The notes beneath the pieces were generated by a model. That model searched no databases, was not told the DNA's origin, and was given only the letters and a program-made list of their open reading frames with translations. A DNA stretch of 64,000 bases from contig NC_087436.1 of assembly GCF_036321535.1 (NCBI RefSeq), positions 114,764,001-114,828,000 of the forward strand, read 5' to 3'. Positions within the stretch are counted from its first letter, which is position 1, and each line of letters begins with the position of its first letter. Positions 1 through 13,519 of the stretch are shown piece after piece. This DNA comes from Camelus dromedarius. Taxonomy: Eukaryota. The translations under genes and the position numbers were made by a program.

Positions 1-319
1 AGCCCCGTAAAACACCATGGGAAGGCTGGCTTTTATGCTGAGTGTTATGGGAAGGCACTGGAGAATTTTAAGAAATGATACAGTTTACATTTTGGGCAGC
101 CTGTTCCTATATTCTCCCCACACTGGAGGCAGGCAGGAAATTAGGAGAAAGGTAAGAGATGGGGAGGGGACAGAATAAGGAGGTGGGCAGGAATAGTAGA
201 AGTGTAGAGGACTTGCTGCTGGACTAGACACTGAGATGTGAAAGAAAGGGAGGAATTCTGTCAGTGAGCTCGTGCACACAGGGCTCTCACATAATGATGC
301 TCTGGGTACCCTAACTATT

Positions 320-960
320 TTAAGAAGTGCATTAGATTCAAGACACAGTCAAAGATAATAGAAAGGGTTTACAAACTTAACGGATAAGGCGAGAAACTGA
401 CCTGCAATAATATGATATATTACCATGATTAACTGCTTTCATAAGAAGAGATGATGACTATTTGATCACTTCATTTTAAAAAGAGGGAGGTGCCTAGGTG
501 TCAGTAAATTTCCTTCTGTCCAAACAAGAATGATTAACTTCAATTATGACTGCCTTTGGAGAAGTGTGCAGGCCTTTTCATGTGTTTCAAGGTATTTCAT
601 TTAGACATTTTGGAAAAACATACATCTCTATTCATAGCAATGGTTACTGTTCTGATTTATAAGTTCTGCTCCACTGTAAATCATTCAAAACTCAAAAATT
701 AAATTTTATGGCATAACACTTTGATGGCTCTATGCCTGAGCAAAGGGCAGGAGGAATGCAATTTTTCTTACTGCCAATTACGATTGGACTTCTTTTCGTT
801 ATGTCTTTTTTTTTCAGTAGAGCAGACTGTACAAGTCATATATGTATGTATGGTACACTAATGCTCTGTTAAAAAAGCTATTCAAAATTTGACTTAAAAA
901 ATGGTATGCCTTTCATCATTAGCTCAATCTTATTTAGTTTTAGAATTATGTTTCCCAAGC
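320..960. promoter_or_regulatory. Repeat-free AT-rich block, candidate conserved non-coding element
   Basis: No recognisable TE. ATGATTAACT occurs twice (about 425 and 529), with TTTTATGG (about 704), TGTCAG (about 498) and CAATTA motifs. Conservation not tested. Confidence 0.3.
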
Positions 961-1219
961 ATACTAGAAATTTAATATAAATTCCCATGTCTAGAGCATA
1001 GAGAATGTCTGTGGGGCTTGGCCATTTAATTGCATTGGGTGCAAACATGAATTATTCAGTTATACCCACATCAGCAGGAGTGGGTCTTTATACAGATGTG
1101 CTTGCTCTTTCTGACAGTACTCAATTCTCTTTTCATGTACATGTATATTTATATATATTTTGCCTCTCTCCCAGGAGAATGGGATTAGTTTGGCTTCCTT
1201 ATTCGGGGCGAGGAAGGAA

Positions 1220-1432
1220 GCCACATCTGTTGAGTGACTACTGTGTTCAGGCCTGGGATGCTCTAACGCACTGTCACCGGGTCTCCCCTACTGTCCTTCA
1301 TCGCCCTAGTTTTACAGGTGATAAATGAGAGTCAGAGAGGTTCAGAGACTTTCAAAGTGTCATACAGATTCTAAATCATTGAGTCAGGATTTGAACTCAG
1401 ATCTGTTTGGTGCCATGCTGTGCTATTTCCTC
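1220..1432 (-). mobile_element. MIR SINE
   Basis: Antisense MIR core: ttttacaggtgataaatgagagtcagagaggtt...caggatttgaactcagatctg. Confidence 0.7.
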
Positions 1433-2879
1433 TTCACTGCGGGGAAAAATGAAATGTGTTCCTTGTAGCCTTTGTTCTCATGTTCAGCTAAAGACAACAT
1501 GTGTTCTTGCTTATTAGCCTGACACGTAATATTTGAGGGTTTCTCCCTTGAAGAGTGTTTGTGCTGTTATTTGTTATCCAAGTAGTTATAAGAAAGAAAA
1601 GGAGAGCTGGATAAAAAACAAGATGATTTAATAAGTATTCACTGAGCAAGTTCTGGGCACCATGCTGGTTGCTGAGGGGGGGGTTCCCGGGGATGAGTTA
1701 GATGGTTCTGAAAAACCTCTGCTTCTAGGAGCTGGTCGGAGGGCGCGCTGACTGCAGGGACCACACTGTGATTCTGTGATGGAGGCTGGGCGCAGGGAGA
1801 AGTCCGCAGACCACGCCGCCAGGCATGGGGAAGGAGCCCTAATGGGGGAGGTGGCACTTGGGCTGGACTTTGAAGATGAGTAACAGTCCGAGAGGCAGAG
1901 CAAACAGGACAGGATTTCAGACTCAGGGACCAGCATGAGGTCGGCTCACGCTGAGTGGTTGAGAGGCATGTGTTTACCTGTTCCCTTATTTCTAGCATCT
2001 TACTCAGGGAGAAGATTCCGGCAGGTTGTTGCCTCAGAACAGAAGGCAGGTCAGAGCCTGGCAATTGGGTTTGGGAGTCTGTCCTGAGGGACAAAGGTGT
2101 CTGGAGAAGCAGGCTCACCTGTTGAGCCTTTAGTCAGCCATGAGGGGAACATGAGTTCCAGCTGCCAGGGCTGAGCCAGAGCCCCAGGGAACGTCTCAGC
2201 GTACCCAGCCCTGACTGGGTATAGGTTATTTTATTGTGGCTTAGAACCACCGTTAGATCTTTTGTGAGAAAAGATTTCTGTAAATCTATATTCTATGTTG
2301 ATACAAATAGAAATATTTTGCATTAAGATAATTCTCCTCCTCTGTATCAGCATGACTACAAGAACATCCATTCCTTATGTTGTATAGCAGTTAACAATTT
2401 GTACATTCCGTGTACACACCAGTCACCTGCAGTCAACCACATATTCATGAAGGCTTCTCCGAGGCACCACATATCCCTTTATTTACAATCTTCATTTCTC
2501 AAGAAAGTTATTCACGAAGGTTAGATGACATTTCTAGGGAGAATAAACCTAAAATGACGGGGAAAATTTTGGCAAAGAGCAAAGTGTAAGAAAGGAAGAT
2601 GGCACCATGAATGGGATGGGAACGGAGAAGACATGCTGTAACAACCTCTCATGTGAGAGAGAAAGTTGCAAGTTTGGGATTAAATTTTTGGCAGCTGAAG
2701 ATACTGTTCCTCTGGTTGGTTATTTAATATGACACTTACCCCTGTTGAGAGAATGCAATTTTGCATGTACGTGTCTCATCGCTGCTCCTACTGGGAACCC
2801 TGGGTGGGCAGGGCCCATGGTGCCTTCACCTTCAGACTTAGTGTCTTACATGTTAAAATGATTAAATAAAACAGATGTC

Positions 2880-3030
2880 TAGCTGAATAAAGAAGAGACT
2901 TTAGCAACCCGAACAGTGCTGTTCCCATTTTACAGATGAGTAAGAGAAGGTAGACCTGGATCAGAAGCAATGCCCTTTGACTCCTATTCTAATCCAGTAC
3001 TTGATTGTCTAGATCCTGATGTTCTTTTTT
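2880..3030 (-). mobile_element. MIR fragment
   Basis: Core motif cccattttacagatgag. Confidence 0.5.
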
Positions 3031-4554
3031 CGTCCTCATTCAGCCATTGCAAACTCTGCAGATGTTGAAGAGTGAGGTGCTCCTCAGACGAGGCTGAGCA
3101 GCCCTTCACACACGTCTGCGTTTGGCTGGAACGGGCGTCATGGGACACAAGGCCCTTTGATATTTTCATTTCCTTTTTGGTGTTTTTTTTCCCTTAGAAT
3201 TGAGAAGTTGGTTTCTCTCAGCCTTTGTTCTTTGTCGATAATCACAGCATTCCCTAATAGCTTTGTGTTAATGACCATCGCGCCAAACAGCAGATGGTAA
3301 AGGGGGAGTATCAGGGGTCTGTGAATCACGTGGAATTTATGCAGAGTCCTCTAAGAACTCGTATCACAGAGTTCTGCAAACGATTACGCCTCTCTGCTGT
3401 AGCTGTTGTCTTTTACGTCAGTCTTTGGAGCCTGCTTTGACTTCAGTGACTAGCAACACCCTTACACAATAAAGACCTTGCCACGACAGCCTGTGGCAGC
3501 TGGCTTTGCAAATACTCTTGCAAATACTCTTGGTCTCCGGGTTCGATTCTTCCAGGAAAATATCGGGACTCTGGGCTGAGGAATCAAAAGTTATTTTCCA
3601 TGAGCAGAAAACACGGTGGAACTTTTAACCTTTGCTTTATACATTCCAAGCAAGGAGCATATCCATCTTTTTGTATTCTTAATGCAAAGGAAGTATTTAT
3701 TTTATGGGGACTAGTAAATGGGTTTCCTATGCAATGTGCTTTCTAGAACACAGACCATGTATGTTACATAAAACAGACATACTTCCATCCCAGGGGAATC
3801 TCTGTTCTTCTTGCTTTTCTTCTCACCTCCCTGAGCTTTGATCTTGACGGAGTGATGCTTTTGCCTCTGGCTGGAAGATTCATAAATCTGAGGGGAGGAA
3901 GAGGTTGACTTCTTGGCTCTTCTCTCTCTTAGCAGCTCATGCTAGATTTATCAAAGACCTCATCTCTAAGAACACGCCTGTAACACCTCAACATCCTTGT
4001 AAGATTTCTGTGAGCTTTTCCCCTCTGCCCTTTTGGTTTTTAAAGGCTGATGTAGCTTTTGGTATGTGGGGGATTTGTGAGGTTAATGGGATACTTCCAG
4101 GAGATGTAAGTTTTTGCCAGAGGGTTGAATCGTGACGAAAGAGTAGGGTATACTTTTGGTCCCAGGGACACTTTTTAAGCTGAGATGGGACAAAGTAATT
4201 GCCTTTGTTTTCGATATCAGGAAGATGTCTTTTAGAAAGCTGCCCAACAAGGTAGCCCTTGACAAGAATCCCACAGACTCCCAACTCTGGAATTTCACCT
4301 TTGAGTTTTAAACACCTCTCACAAAGTCCATTGAGGTTCAGATTCCTGGAATTAATAATAAACAAACTTATTTTTGCTGAACTTCCATTGTTTCAAAAGA
4401 GATCAATAAAACTCTCCTAAGTCAGAGACTGTGCAGAAACATTACAATTTTTTCTTCCCTCTTGTTTTGCTGAACTCCCCTTTTCCCTAGGCCTAAAAGT
4501 TCACCTGCGTTGGTTAGCCTGGCTTTATTTAATGCTGCACCAAGGTACTGAAGG

Positions 4555-4770
4555 CTGGTATAGTGGAAGAGTTTTCAAGCCAGACAGTTTTGGTCCCCCT
4601 GTTCTGACTAGTCACTTCCTAGATTTGTAGCCTTGAATAAGTTACTTAATCCTCTAGTTTTCTCATCTGCAGAAGGGGATTAATAACCCAGACTTTGCTG
4701 CGTTACTCTATGGATTAAATGAAACAGCACATAAAAGCATCAATACATAGCAGGCACTCAGTGAATACCA
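4555..4770 (+). mobile_element. MIR SINE
   Basis: ccttgaataagttacttaatcctctagttttctcatctgcagaaggggattaata...catagcaggcactcagtgaat. Confidence 0.75.
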
Positions 4771-4883
4771 TTCTTTTGCTTTCCATGACACTGAAGGAAG
4801 GGTTTCAGTTAGAGGAAGGGCATCATCAGGTTTGTGCATAGAACTATCACTCTGGATGCTGTGTTGAGTGTGCACTGGAGGGG

Positions 4884-5192
4884 TGTATTAATTATCTATT
4901 GCTATGTAGCAAATTATCGGTTAGTTGGTGAGAACAACATACATTTATCACCTCACAGTTTGTGTGTTAGGAATCCAAGCACAACTTAGCTGGGTCCTTG
5001 GTGTCTCATGAGGCTGCAGTCAAAGTGCCAGTTGGGGCTGGGATCTCATCTGAAAGCTCAGCTGGGGAAAGATCCACTTCCAAGCCCAACTGGTTGTTAG
5101 CAGAATTGAGTTCTTTGCAGATTGTTGGACTTAGGACCTCAGTTCCACACTGGCTGTCAGCTGGAAACCACCTTCAGTTCTTTGACAGTTGG
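4884..5192 (-). mobile_element. MaLR LTR fragment (MLT1E/F/G-like)
   Basis: Terminus tgtattaattatctattgct; aggctgcagtcaa...tcatctgaaagctcagctggggaaagatccacttccaag. Confidence 0.75.
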
Positions 5193-7494
5193 AGATTTTA
5201 TGGGGGTGGGGAAAACAGTGAATTTAGTTTCAGTCGTGTGTTTTAGAAACTTTAGCTCTCATCTTTGCTGCAAGGCTGGTCAGCCTGGGGCTCACTCATG
5301 TTAAGGTAGAATTTTGTGCAGAATCCCAGGGTATAAAACAATGAAAAGTGGAGTTGCTCTGGTTGAATCTAGGGTGGGGATGCATGGAAGTAAGCCTGTT
5401 GAGGCTCCCTCTTACCTCTGCAGAAATTTCCTTAGGTGCCATATTGGTTTTGGGTTTGAATATATCTGACTTGGGGTTTTAGCCACTCCATAAACCCTTT
5501 TCTAACTAATAAGGGATATAAATCCATATTTTAAAAACTGTACATAAGCAAGGAATAAGTATTGAAATATCATCAGGTCTTGTGTAATCTCCAACTGTTG
5601 AGATTTGTATGGTACAACACAGCCTTTTCTCTTATTTATGCAGAATCCAGTGGTAAATAAGTCTCAATTCACATGACTTTGAGTGTCTTCACCTCTGCAT
5701 TACTCCTGTGACCCAAAGGAGATCACAGGTGCCTGGAGAGGAGACTTGGGACCATAGCTTCCATTCTCTGATTATGATTCCTCTGTCCAGCTTTATCATT
5801 AGTTCCTGGATTCATCTTTTGCATCAAAATTCTGAAACTTCTCATATAGCTCTGGTGGACAGAAATTATTCTCCTTTTATTATTGTAGTGTACCAGTCAG
5901 CTATTGCTACCTAACAAACAACACAAAACCTCAGTGACTACTTGCCCATCTCTACTGAATTCTTGTGTTTTAGTGGCGTTCTTGTAAATATCTGATGCTC
6001 ACTTTACTTGATAACAAAGGAGTGGAATTTGCATTTATGCTGAAAAGTTCCATTTTGCTACTTACTAACCTCCAAACAATTCCTCATTATTCAGTCTGTA
6101 TGGGTCCAGAGGTTGCTGTAAATAGAAATAAATAATAAATGCCACCATAGTTTGGTCAGTTCACTGACATAGATTGCCACTTGCATATACATATCTCACC
6201 ATCTGTGATTCAAGTTATTTCAGAAAACATAAGGGGGGGGGGACTCTGACTATCAGAATCCGAGACAGACAGTGGGCCCAGGCCAGGTGCGAAGTGCTCA
6301 GAAAACAGAGGAGGTTATGGATTCCAGAGTTTCTCCAGGGTTTACAGAATGACTGCGGGTATCAGGGTGTGGGTGTCAGCTCTGGCAAAGCCCTTCTCAC
6401 CTGTGGCTGTTGTTTCCTCTTCTGCAAAAGCGAGACTGTTGGCTGAGGTGGCCATATACTTTGCTGTCTATCTGCTGTACTTTTAATGGTGAAAGGAATG
6501 ACAGTTCCAGGACAAGAGCTCTAAGCCGGATTTGCTGAGGCTATTTGGGACCTAACATTGGGTAAGTTCTGTGAGTCCATGAATCTCAAGCAGAGATCAG
6601 CATTTACTGCACACCTTCCATATGCTTGGCCTCTTATTGTACAGACTGCATATATTCAAGTGACCTGTCTTGGCTTTATTTCTCCCCCGGGTCTCTGCAC
6701 CCCTCAAGGTCCAGGCCAAACCCCACCTTTTACAGTGATTGGTATAAGATACTCTTTCCATCAATTATACTGGTAGTCAGTCCTATCTGCTCCCCAGAGA
6801 TGAGGGAGGAGAGACTCGTAGGGGTTCTGGGCATAGAAGCAGGTGTGATGGTGTCATTCGCCAGGCTGCCAGGCAGGACTGCAGTCCTGGGGGCTCCAGG
6901 CCCGCTCCCCGTTTCAGGCCCAGGCCTGGGCTTTCACAAGCACATGTTTCCTCTGATTGATATTAAAGGTCAGGCCAGGTCCTTTATAGGCCGCGGGAAG
7001 TGAGGCTTATTTCTTGCCAGGGGAGTTATTATGCCTGGTATCACAGGGTTTATAGGCCCCGGGAACCGTGTCATGGGGCTTTTGAGTTTAAATGGAGGTA
7101 ATTCATAGGCTCCAGAAGACCTGTAACGTTTATAAGAATTGCACAGTTTTGTGTAGCTCTCAGGTGCCTAAAATTCAAGGCTCCGTTTCTCAGTCGTTGT
7201 CAGATTCTGGCTGTCAGAGTCAAAGTCGTGCTTGTAGTTCTAGGGAAGACCATAGGACTAAATAAAATCTCAGTAGGAAGCTTAAAACACAACTCTCCAG
7301 GCTGCTTTGAAAACATGAGAAGTGTCTTTTCTTCCTAAGGTTATCCTAGCTTTAGACTAAAATAAAGTTGCCCACTGATACATAGAGCTTGAGAAATTAG
7401 AGTAAAAATGCATTTTTTAAAATGGGACAGACATCACATTTTTAGTAGGAGCCAGACTGGAATTGTGCAGGTGACTCTCAATTTTACGTTTATG

Positions 7495-7662
7495 ATGGTT
7501 TAAGCCTTACAAAAGCTTTTCTGACACTGCCTTATATTGTTTCTATATCTTACAGCTAAGAAAATAGACATTCAGAGGTAATAAGCATCCTTCTCAAACA
7601 TTCCTGTGTCCAGGCTAAGTGCCACGCCATCTAACCCCAGGCCCCCCGTTCTTTCCACTGTT
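7495..7662 (-). mobile_element. MIR fragment
   Basis: Degenerate core cttacagctaagaaaatagacattcagaggtaa. Confidence 0.45.
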
Positions 7663-8174
7663 CCAGTGCTGATACTGCATCATGGCTGGTCTCTCCCTCC
7701 CCCTCCCCTTCTACCTCTCTCTCCCTCTCTCCTCCTTATGGTTTGGGTATTTTTAAGGCTGAAAGTAAATCAGAATGAAGCAGCCACTCTTGATGAAGCT
7801 GCTGTATTAGCTTACCTTTCATTTTCGTTGTCTTCTTTATGGGAATATCATTCCTCATCACCATTTTTTAATAAAGATAACAGTATTAGTACCTCCCATC
7901 ATAAATTATAGATACTGTCGTTAGTCCTACTGACACTAAATAGGACTGGTTAACTGGTGACTGCAGGTCTCAAAATAAACTAGGTCTTATTTTTTCTTAC
8001 TATTATCATGCACTAGCATTATTTGTTAAGACCATAGTCAGGGGCTAAGGTTTGGCATGGACAGAGAAAATTCCCACACACCTCTCTGAGCACTTTGAAA
8101 TTTATTGCCATCAGTGACAAAAAAGTCATTCAAGAAAATAATGTTTTCCTCTTTAGGAACCTTTTCTTTGATAT

Positions 8175-8330
8175 ATAAGGTATTGATTATATAGCCAGTT
8201 ACTGGAACTTGCGTACTCTATTCCTTTTGAGCTGTTATTTAATCATTTCTAATCTTCACTTTCCTGATCTATATATAACATGTGGATAATAATACTTTAT
8301 TTTAGCTTTTGCTGGGAAAACTGAGACTTC
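8175..8330 (+). mobile_element. MIR fragment
   Basis: gttatttaatcatttctaatcttcactttcctgatctat...gataataatact. Confidence 0.45.
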
Positions 8331-8756
8331 GAGGTATTTTGTGAATACTAATTAAATTGGTTAAATAATGAAGAAATGTTTTTATACCAACATTTTAAAG
8401 TGCTGTGAATTGAAAAGATACTTATACAGGGTATCCTGTATGTGGTACAACACCAAGCTGGGATGCTTACATGATAGTTCAATTAAATAAGATAAGGAAT
8501 GAAAAGATACTGGAATAGTACCGGGTGCATAGTCAGCCCTCATCAGATTCTAACTTTTATTATATAATTATCCATAGTTGCAGAATAGCTTGCTTTTGGG
8601 CTCCTGAAAATTGAAAGATAGTAAATTATTTCTTAAAGACTCTTTTCCTCCTAAAATGTGCATTCTAGAAACTGGTTCTGTTTGATCCTCAAGTCAACTG
8701 AATGCATATATATAGAAGGACCATGTCAAAAAGATAATGAGAGAAGGAGAGCTGTA

Positions 8757-9171
8757 TGTGGTTGTTTGATGACTGTTCAGCAATGTTCACTTTTCTTCCC
8801 CCATATGGGCAGAGTATACTTAAGACTCTTTGACTTTGGGCTTGGCCATGCGGCATGTTTTGGCCGATGGAATGCTAGAGGGTAGAACATAAGCAGAGAC
8901 CTTAAATGTGCTTATGTAGTTTGACTTGGCTCTTGGCTCCAGTAATCATAAGAAGAGCGGGCCCAATGAAGATGAGAGATGTGTGGAGTAGGCCTGAGTC
9001 TTACCTGTGGCCTGCAGCCAAGCCCAGCTCACCCAGCCCATGATATGAAGTAGAGTTGCCCCAGCTGACCAGTGGATCCATGAGCATGAGAATACAGGCT
9101 TACTAATGGTAGCACTTACCTTTGGGCTGGTTTGTTATGCAGTGTTATTGAGGAGATTGTTGACTAATACA
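8757..9171 (+). mobile_element. MaLR solo LTR (MLT1I/J-like)
   Basis: TG...CA termini; tttgactttgggcttggccatgcggcatgttttggccgatggaatg; 3' end tttgttatgcag...gactaataca. Confidence 0.8.
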
Positions 9172-10319
9172 TTGTGCATGCATCCTCTTACCTAGGGGCC
9201 AGGACTCTGCAGCTCTGCTCCCAGTGTTCTCCGTCAACTCTGTATCATGCCATGCCTGTTGCTTGACTTCCGTAGACAAACTTTTCTATAGTTTCATATT
9301 GACCTGAATGAATTGAGCTCTTTAGTTTTACAGGTAGAAGTTACCCTGAAGTCATTTAGTTCAGTCTCTTCGTTTTACAGATGAAGATGTCAAAAGAAAA
9401 AGCAATTTGGCTAAAATCTCACTTTTCTTAGAGGCACGGAGAATGAATCCAGGCATCCTGATGTGCCCTTCTGCTGCATCTTTTCCTTTTGCCAAATGAA
9501 TCCCGTGAATTGATGTTTCAAGATACTGTAAATCTGCTTTAGCAGGGGAGAAAGAGTTGATAAGCAGCTGTGAAGGGCTGGTGAAGGCGTTCGGGAGTGG
9601 TGCTGAGGAAAGTTGAAATCGACAGGTTGGTCAGGCATTTGCTGTGGCTAGAAATAAAGGCTCTTCTGAAGTGTGCACTCACTGGGCTTGTTCAAAGAGT
9701 TTCTCTGGGAAGAAAGGGATGAAATTAAGCCATGGAAATTTTTGGCCAAGTCATGAAAAAACATTTTCCAAAAGAGCTGTTAATTTGATGGTGGAATGAG
9801 TCACAGCCCATGGGCAGGGCTGAAAATCCCATCAGCTGAATTACTCAAAACTTAACTGGACAATAAAAAAATGTATGATCAAGGCAAACATCCCTGCGGG
9901 GTTAAGCCAAAGAGACGCTGTGTCCCTGTTTGAACTTTTCCTTTGTATCTTCAGGCCAAATCTACATGGAAAAATTACCTGGTACCTCCAATCATGAGAA
10001 TGTTGGGGCCAGATTATTTCAATACAGAAGATTTTCCTCATTTCACTTGTCTTCAGGGTCAAATTCATTGAATGAAGACCAGACTTTCAGTATTGTTATT
10101 GTGGCAGGCCTGGCGCTGACTAGTTGAGAGTTGGAAAATAAAGTTTCTCTGTGAATTTAAACCTTGAATTTCCCAATTTATAGGAAAATATGGTCCTGTT
10201 TAGTAACAATGATATCCCGATGAGGCTTGCTAACTAGAAGTACACAGCAGTGTAGTTTTAAAAATAGAAACCTAGTTTTAAAGGTGTTTATCTTTAGATA
10301 TACAGTGGTCCTTCCATAA

Positions 10320-11111
10320 TTCCTTCTAAAGATTCTGCGCCCAATTCCAGAGTGTGTCTGTGTGTGCGCGCGTGTGTGTGTGTTTTCCACACCGCCAAAC
10401 AATTCTCTGACCCCAGCTGGGTGTCCTACAATTAAATTCAGTTTTGGCACTAACTACCTGGAGAGAGAGTGTCAGATCCCACAGGTTAAGGGCTCAGTCC
10501 CACAAGACTGTCTTCCAGTGCAGATGTCAGTTGTAATTCCAGGCTGTCACCTGTGCTTCTGGATAAGTAGCTTTAAATCAGAGGTTGCCATGGCCCCTTT
10601 CTTGGGTTAGATTGATCTGCTGGAGTGTTTCACAGAACTCAGGAAGCCTGTTTACCCACTAGAGTACTGATTTATTACAAAGGATACAAATCAACAGCTA
10701 GATGAAATATAAAAGGCAAGTTCCCAAACAAAGGAGACACTCCTTGTGGAGTTTGGTGCACAGAACGGTGGCATGTGGATGCCTTCCGATTTTCCAGCCT
10801 GGAGACTCTTCGAATTCCATCACTTTGGGTTTTGCTGAAGACTTCATTTCAAAGGCATGATTAATAACATCATTGGCCACTGGGGATTGATTCAACTTCC
10901 AGCCACTCTCCCCCCACCCACCAGAGGTCAAGGGAGTGAGAATGAAAGTTTCAACCTTCTAATCACAGGGTTTCCAAAATCACCTCATTAACATAACAAA
11001 AGACCCCTATATTGCTCTCATCCTTTAGGAAATTCCAAGGGTTTAGGAACTCTGTCAGAAATGAGGATGAAGATCGAGTATCTATTTCTGACTACAAATC
11101 ATAATACCACA
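10320..11111 (-). mobile_element. MER21-family solo LTR
   Basis: Reverse complement starts tgtggtattatgat...cctaaacccttggaatttcc; contains gtgtcagatcccacaggttaagggctcagtcccacaagactg and cacagaactcagg blocks. Confidence 0.8.
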
Positions 11112-11149
11112 CCCTCCTTAATTTTTGTTTGAAAAGAAAGAAATGAGAT

Positions 11150-11415
11150 GGTCCCTACACCGTGACAAGCTGTCTAAGATGCCTGGTGACACCAGCACTC
11201 CTTCACTTCTCAAATCAAGCATAACTCCTGGGGAAGCCCTTCCTGCACCCTGTGTTAGGACAGGTATGAAATGCACAGAACCAAATGCTTTTTCGGGGCA
11301 CTTATTTCAGCCTGTAATTGTGCATTCACTTATGTGACTGTTTCATTAACCTCTGTCTCCCTCATTAGTCTGCAAGCTCTTCACTTAGTGTCCTTGGTCC
11401 AGTGAATCAGTGACT
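11150..11415 (+). mobile_element. L2 3' fragment
   Basis: ctctgtctccctcattagtctgcaagctc resembles the L2 3' end. Confidence 0.5.
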
Positions 11416-11750
11416 GTGTGATCAGACTGAGGATGGACACTCTTGGTTTTCATGTTTTATTTCTCTTTCTTCTTGAGGCATCTGTTCATACCCCTTCCTG
11501 GGTCTCTTGTGAAATGGCCTGTTCAGTGGCTTGTAGTTGTTCTCAGGTCAAGTTCAGGCTCCGCTCTGTGACCTTGAAGACGTCCCAAGCCATCGTTCTT
11601 CCTCCCCATCTATACTCTTCCCTTTCTCCCTGATTCCTACCTGGAACTCCACTTTCCAGCCACCATGGGACGTCTTCAGTTCTTCAGTGCAAAGCTCTGT
11701 GCTCTGTCTTTTCCTTCTTCCTCTATCTTGCCCATGTTTCTCTTTGGGTT

Positions 11751-12219
11751 TGTATTAATTTTCTAATGGTGACTGTAACAAATTATCACAAACTTGGTGT
11801 TTCAAAACAATAGAAATGTATTTATTCTTTCATAATTCTAGACACCAGAAGCCTGAAATCAAGGTCTCCTCAGGGCCATATTCCCTCTGGAGGCTCTAGG
11901 GAATAACCCGATCCCTGGCACTTCCTGCTTCTGGCACTGTTGCTTCTCCTTGGCTGGTGGCTGCCTCTCTCTGCTGTCTTCACATTGCCATCTGGGTGTG
12001 AGGCTTCTCTTCTGTATGTCTATCTTATAAGGATCCTTGTCATTAGGTAAGGACCCACCTGGATAATCCAGGACAACCTTCTCATCTCAAGAGCCTTAAC
12101 TTGATTACATCTGCAAAGACCTTTTTTCCAAATGAGGTAAAATAAGATAAAATTACAAATTAAGGGGATTAAGATGGGGGTAACTTTTTTGGGTAGGAGC
12201 CACTATTCAGCTCACTACA
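11751..12219 (-). mobile_element. MLT1C-like MaLR solo LTR
   Basis: tgtattaattttc...ctgtaacaaattatcacaaacttgg; ccctctggaggctctaggga; ttacatctgcaaagacc; ends cactaca. Confidence 0.85.
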
Positions 12220-12558
12220 GGTCTTGATGTTTTTTCTTAAGAATTTAAACAGCTTTTATTTTGTTCTCTCTAATGACTAATTAACCCTTTGTCATATTTG
12301 ATAAAGAATATTTTGGGCACGTGACAGCTTGTCTCTTAACTCCCTTGGTATTGACCTGCAGTCCTGTAGCCCCCATGACTGACTAGGTTATTCTTGAGTA
12401 CTAGCCCGAAACTGATTAAGAAGAATCCCAGTCTTCACGTATGTCACTAGAAGGAATTAAAGGGGATCCTCTACATAAGGATCAGCAACATGCTTCATAT
12501 TCCCTTTTTACAGTTTTCTAGTTTTCTCATATTCCACACTCTTTAAAATGGCTCATTC

Positions 12559-12657
12559 GAGGGGGAGGGTATAGCTTGAGTGGTAGAGCACATGCTTAGC
12601 AGGCACGAGGTCCTGGGTTCAATCCCCAGTACCTCCATTAAAAAAATGGAATAAAAT
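12559..12657 (+). mobile_element. tRNA-derived SINE (camelid Vic-1-like), short-tail form
   Basis: A-box (tagcttgagtgg), B-box (ggttcaatcc) and A-rich tail. TSD taaaatggctcattc at 12544-12558 and 12657-12671; TT/AAAA L1 endonuclease site. Confidence 0.9.
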
Positions 12658-13284
12658 AAAATGGCTCATTCTCTCAAAACACCCTTCCTCCATCAAAGAA
12701 TCTTCTTGTCCATTTTAGAAATAGTAGAAACTTTGAAAATGGACAGGGATTTACTTGACATAAGAACTTGTGATGGGAATTACGTAAACTAAGATCCTTC
12801 ATGTAGATAGTTGTATTTAGGTGATGAATACAAGGGGACCCATTGTACCTTTCACTCTTGAGTGTGCTAGAAGGTGTCCTCCTCCAAGAGCCAGATTTCA
12901 CTCTGAAGATTGTCCTAACCTCTCCCTAATCCCTCCTCACCTTCTAGTCTCATTCTTCCCTGTACCCCACAGCCTCCGGGCAAGCCAGGCTGAACCCATT
13001 CCTCCTCCGGGCTGGGTGGAGAGGAAGGTGCAAATTCAGAACACAATTGGCAGACAAGGGGCAGTGTGAGAACATCTTCACATTAATACATTTTTATGGA
13101 CCACTCAAATTTTCCAGCTTCACCTTATGCATCTATAGGTGTTACCTTTGGGTGTTTGTTGATTACTTCAAAGCTTAGCAAGTTGTTTCCTCTACAATCT
13201 GTTACTTGATAATTTTTTTTTTCTGTATTTAGTCCAGATGATACTCTCTTGCACTTACTGATATGCTTCTTTGATATTTTAAAG

Positions 13285-13460
13285 CCATTTATTCATTCAA
13301 CACAAACTATTTGAGAGTTTGCTGTACTTCAGGTGCCAAAATGGGAACTAGGGATACAGAAATAAAGCCATAGGCTAGCCATTAAAGATTGTCAATCAGA
13401 AGGGAGACAGACAGGAAACAAACACATAGAATCTGGCATAGTATGTGTAAAAGTGCAAGT
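13285..13460 (-). mobile_element. L2 3' end
   Basis: catttattcattcaacac...ctatttgag...caggtgcc...ctagggatacag. Confidence 0.65.
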
Positions 13461-13519
13461 ACGTGCACCTCTCAAAAGGAGGATGGAGGAGGAAAGAATT
13501 TATACTTTAAGTTCACAGT

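Noticed and set aside
1628..2118. Overlapping minus-strand ORFs in a GC-rich patch
   Set aside because: No recognisable protein motifs; explained by base composition.
3506..3532. 12-bp tandem duplication ttgcaaatactc x2
   Set aside because: Ordinary replication slippage; no further structure.
12559..12640. tRNA-like sequences here and at five other loci
   Set aside because: A-rich tails, TSDs and divergence identify them as SINEs, not tRNA genes.
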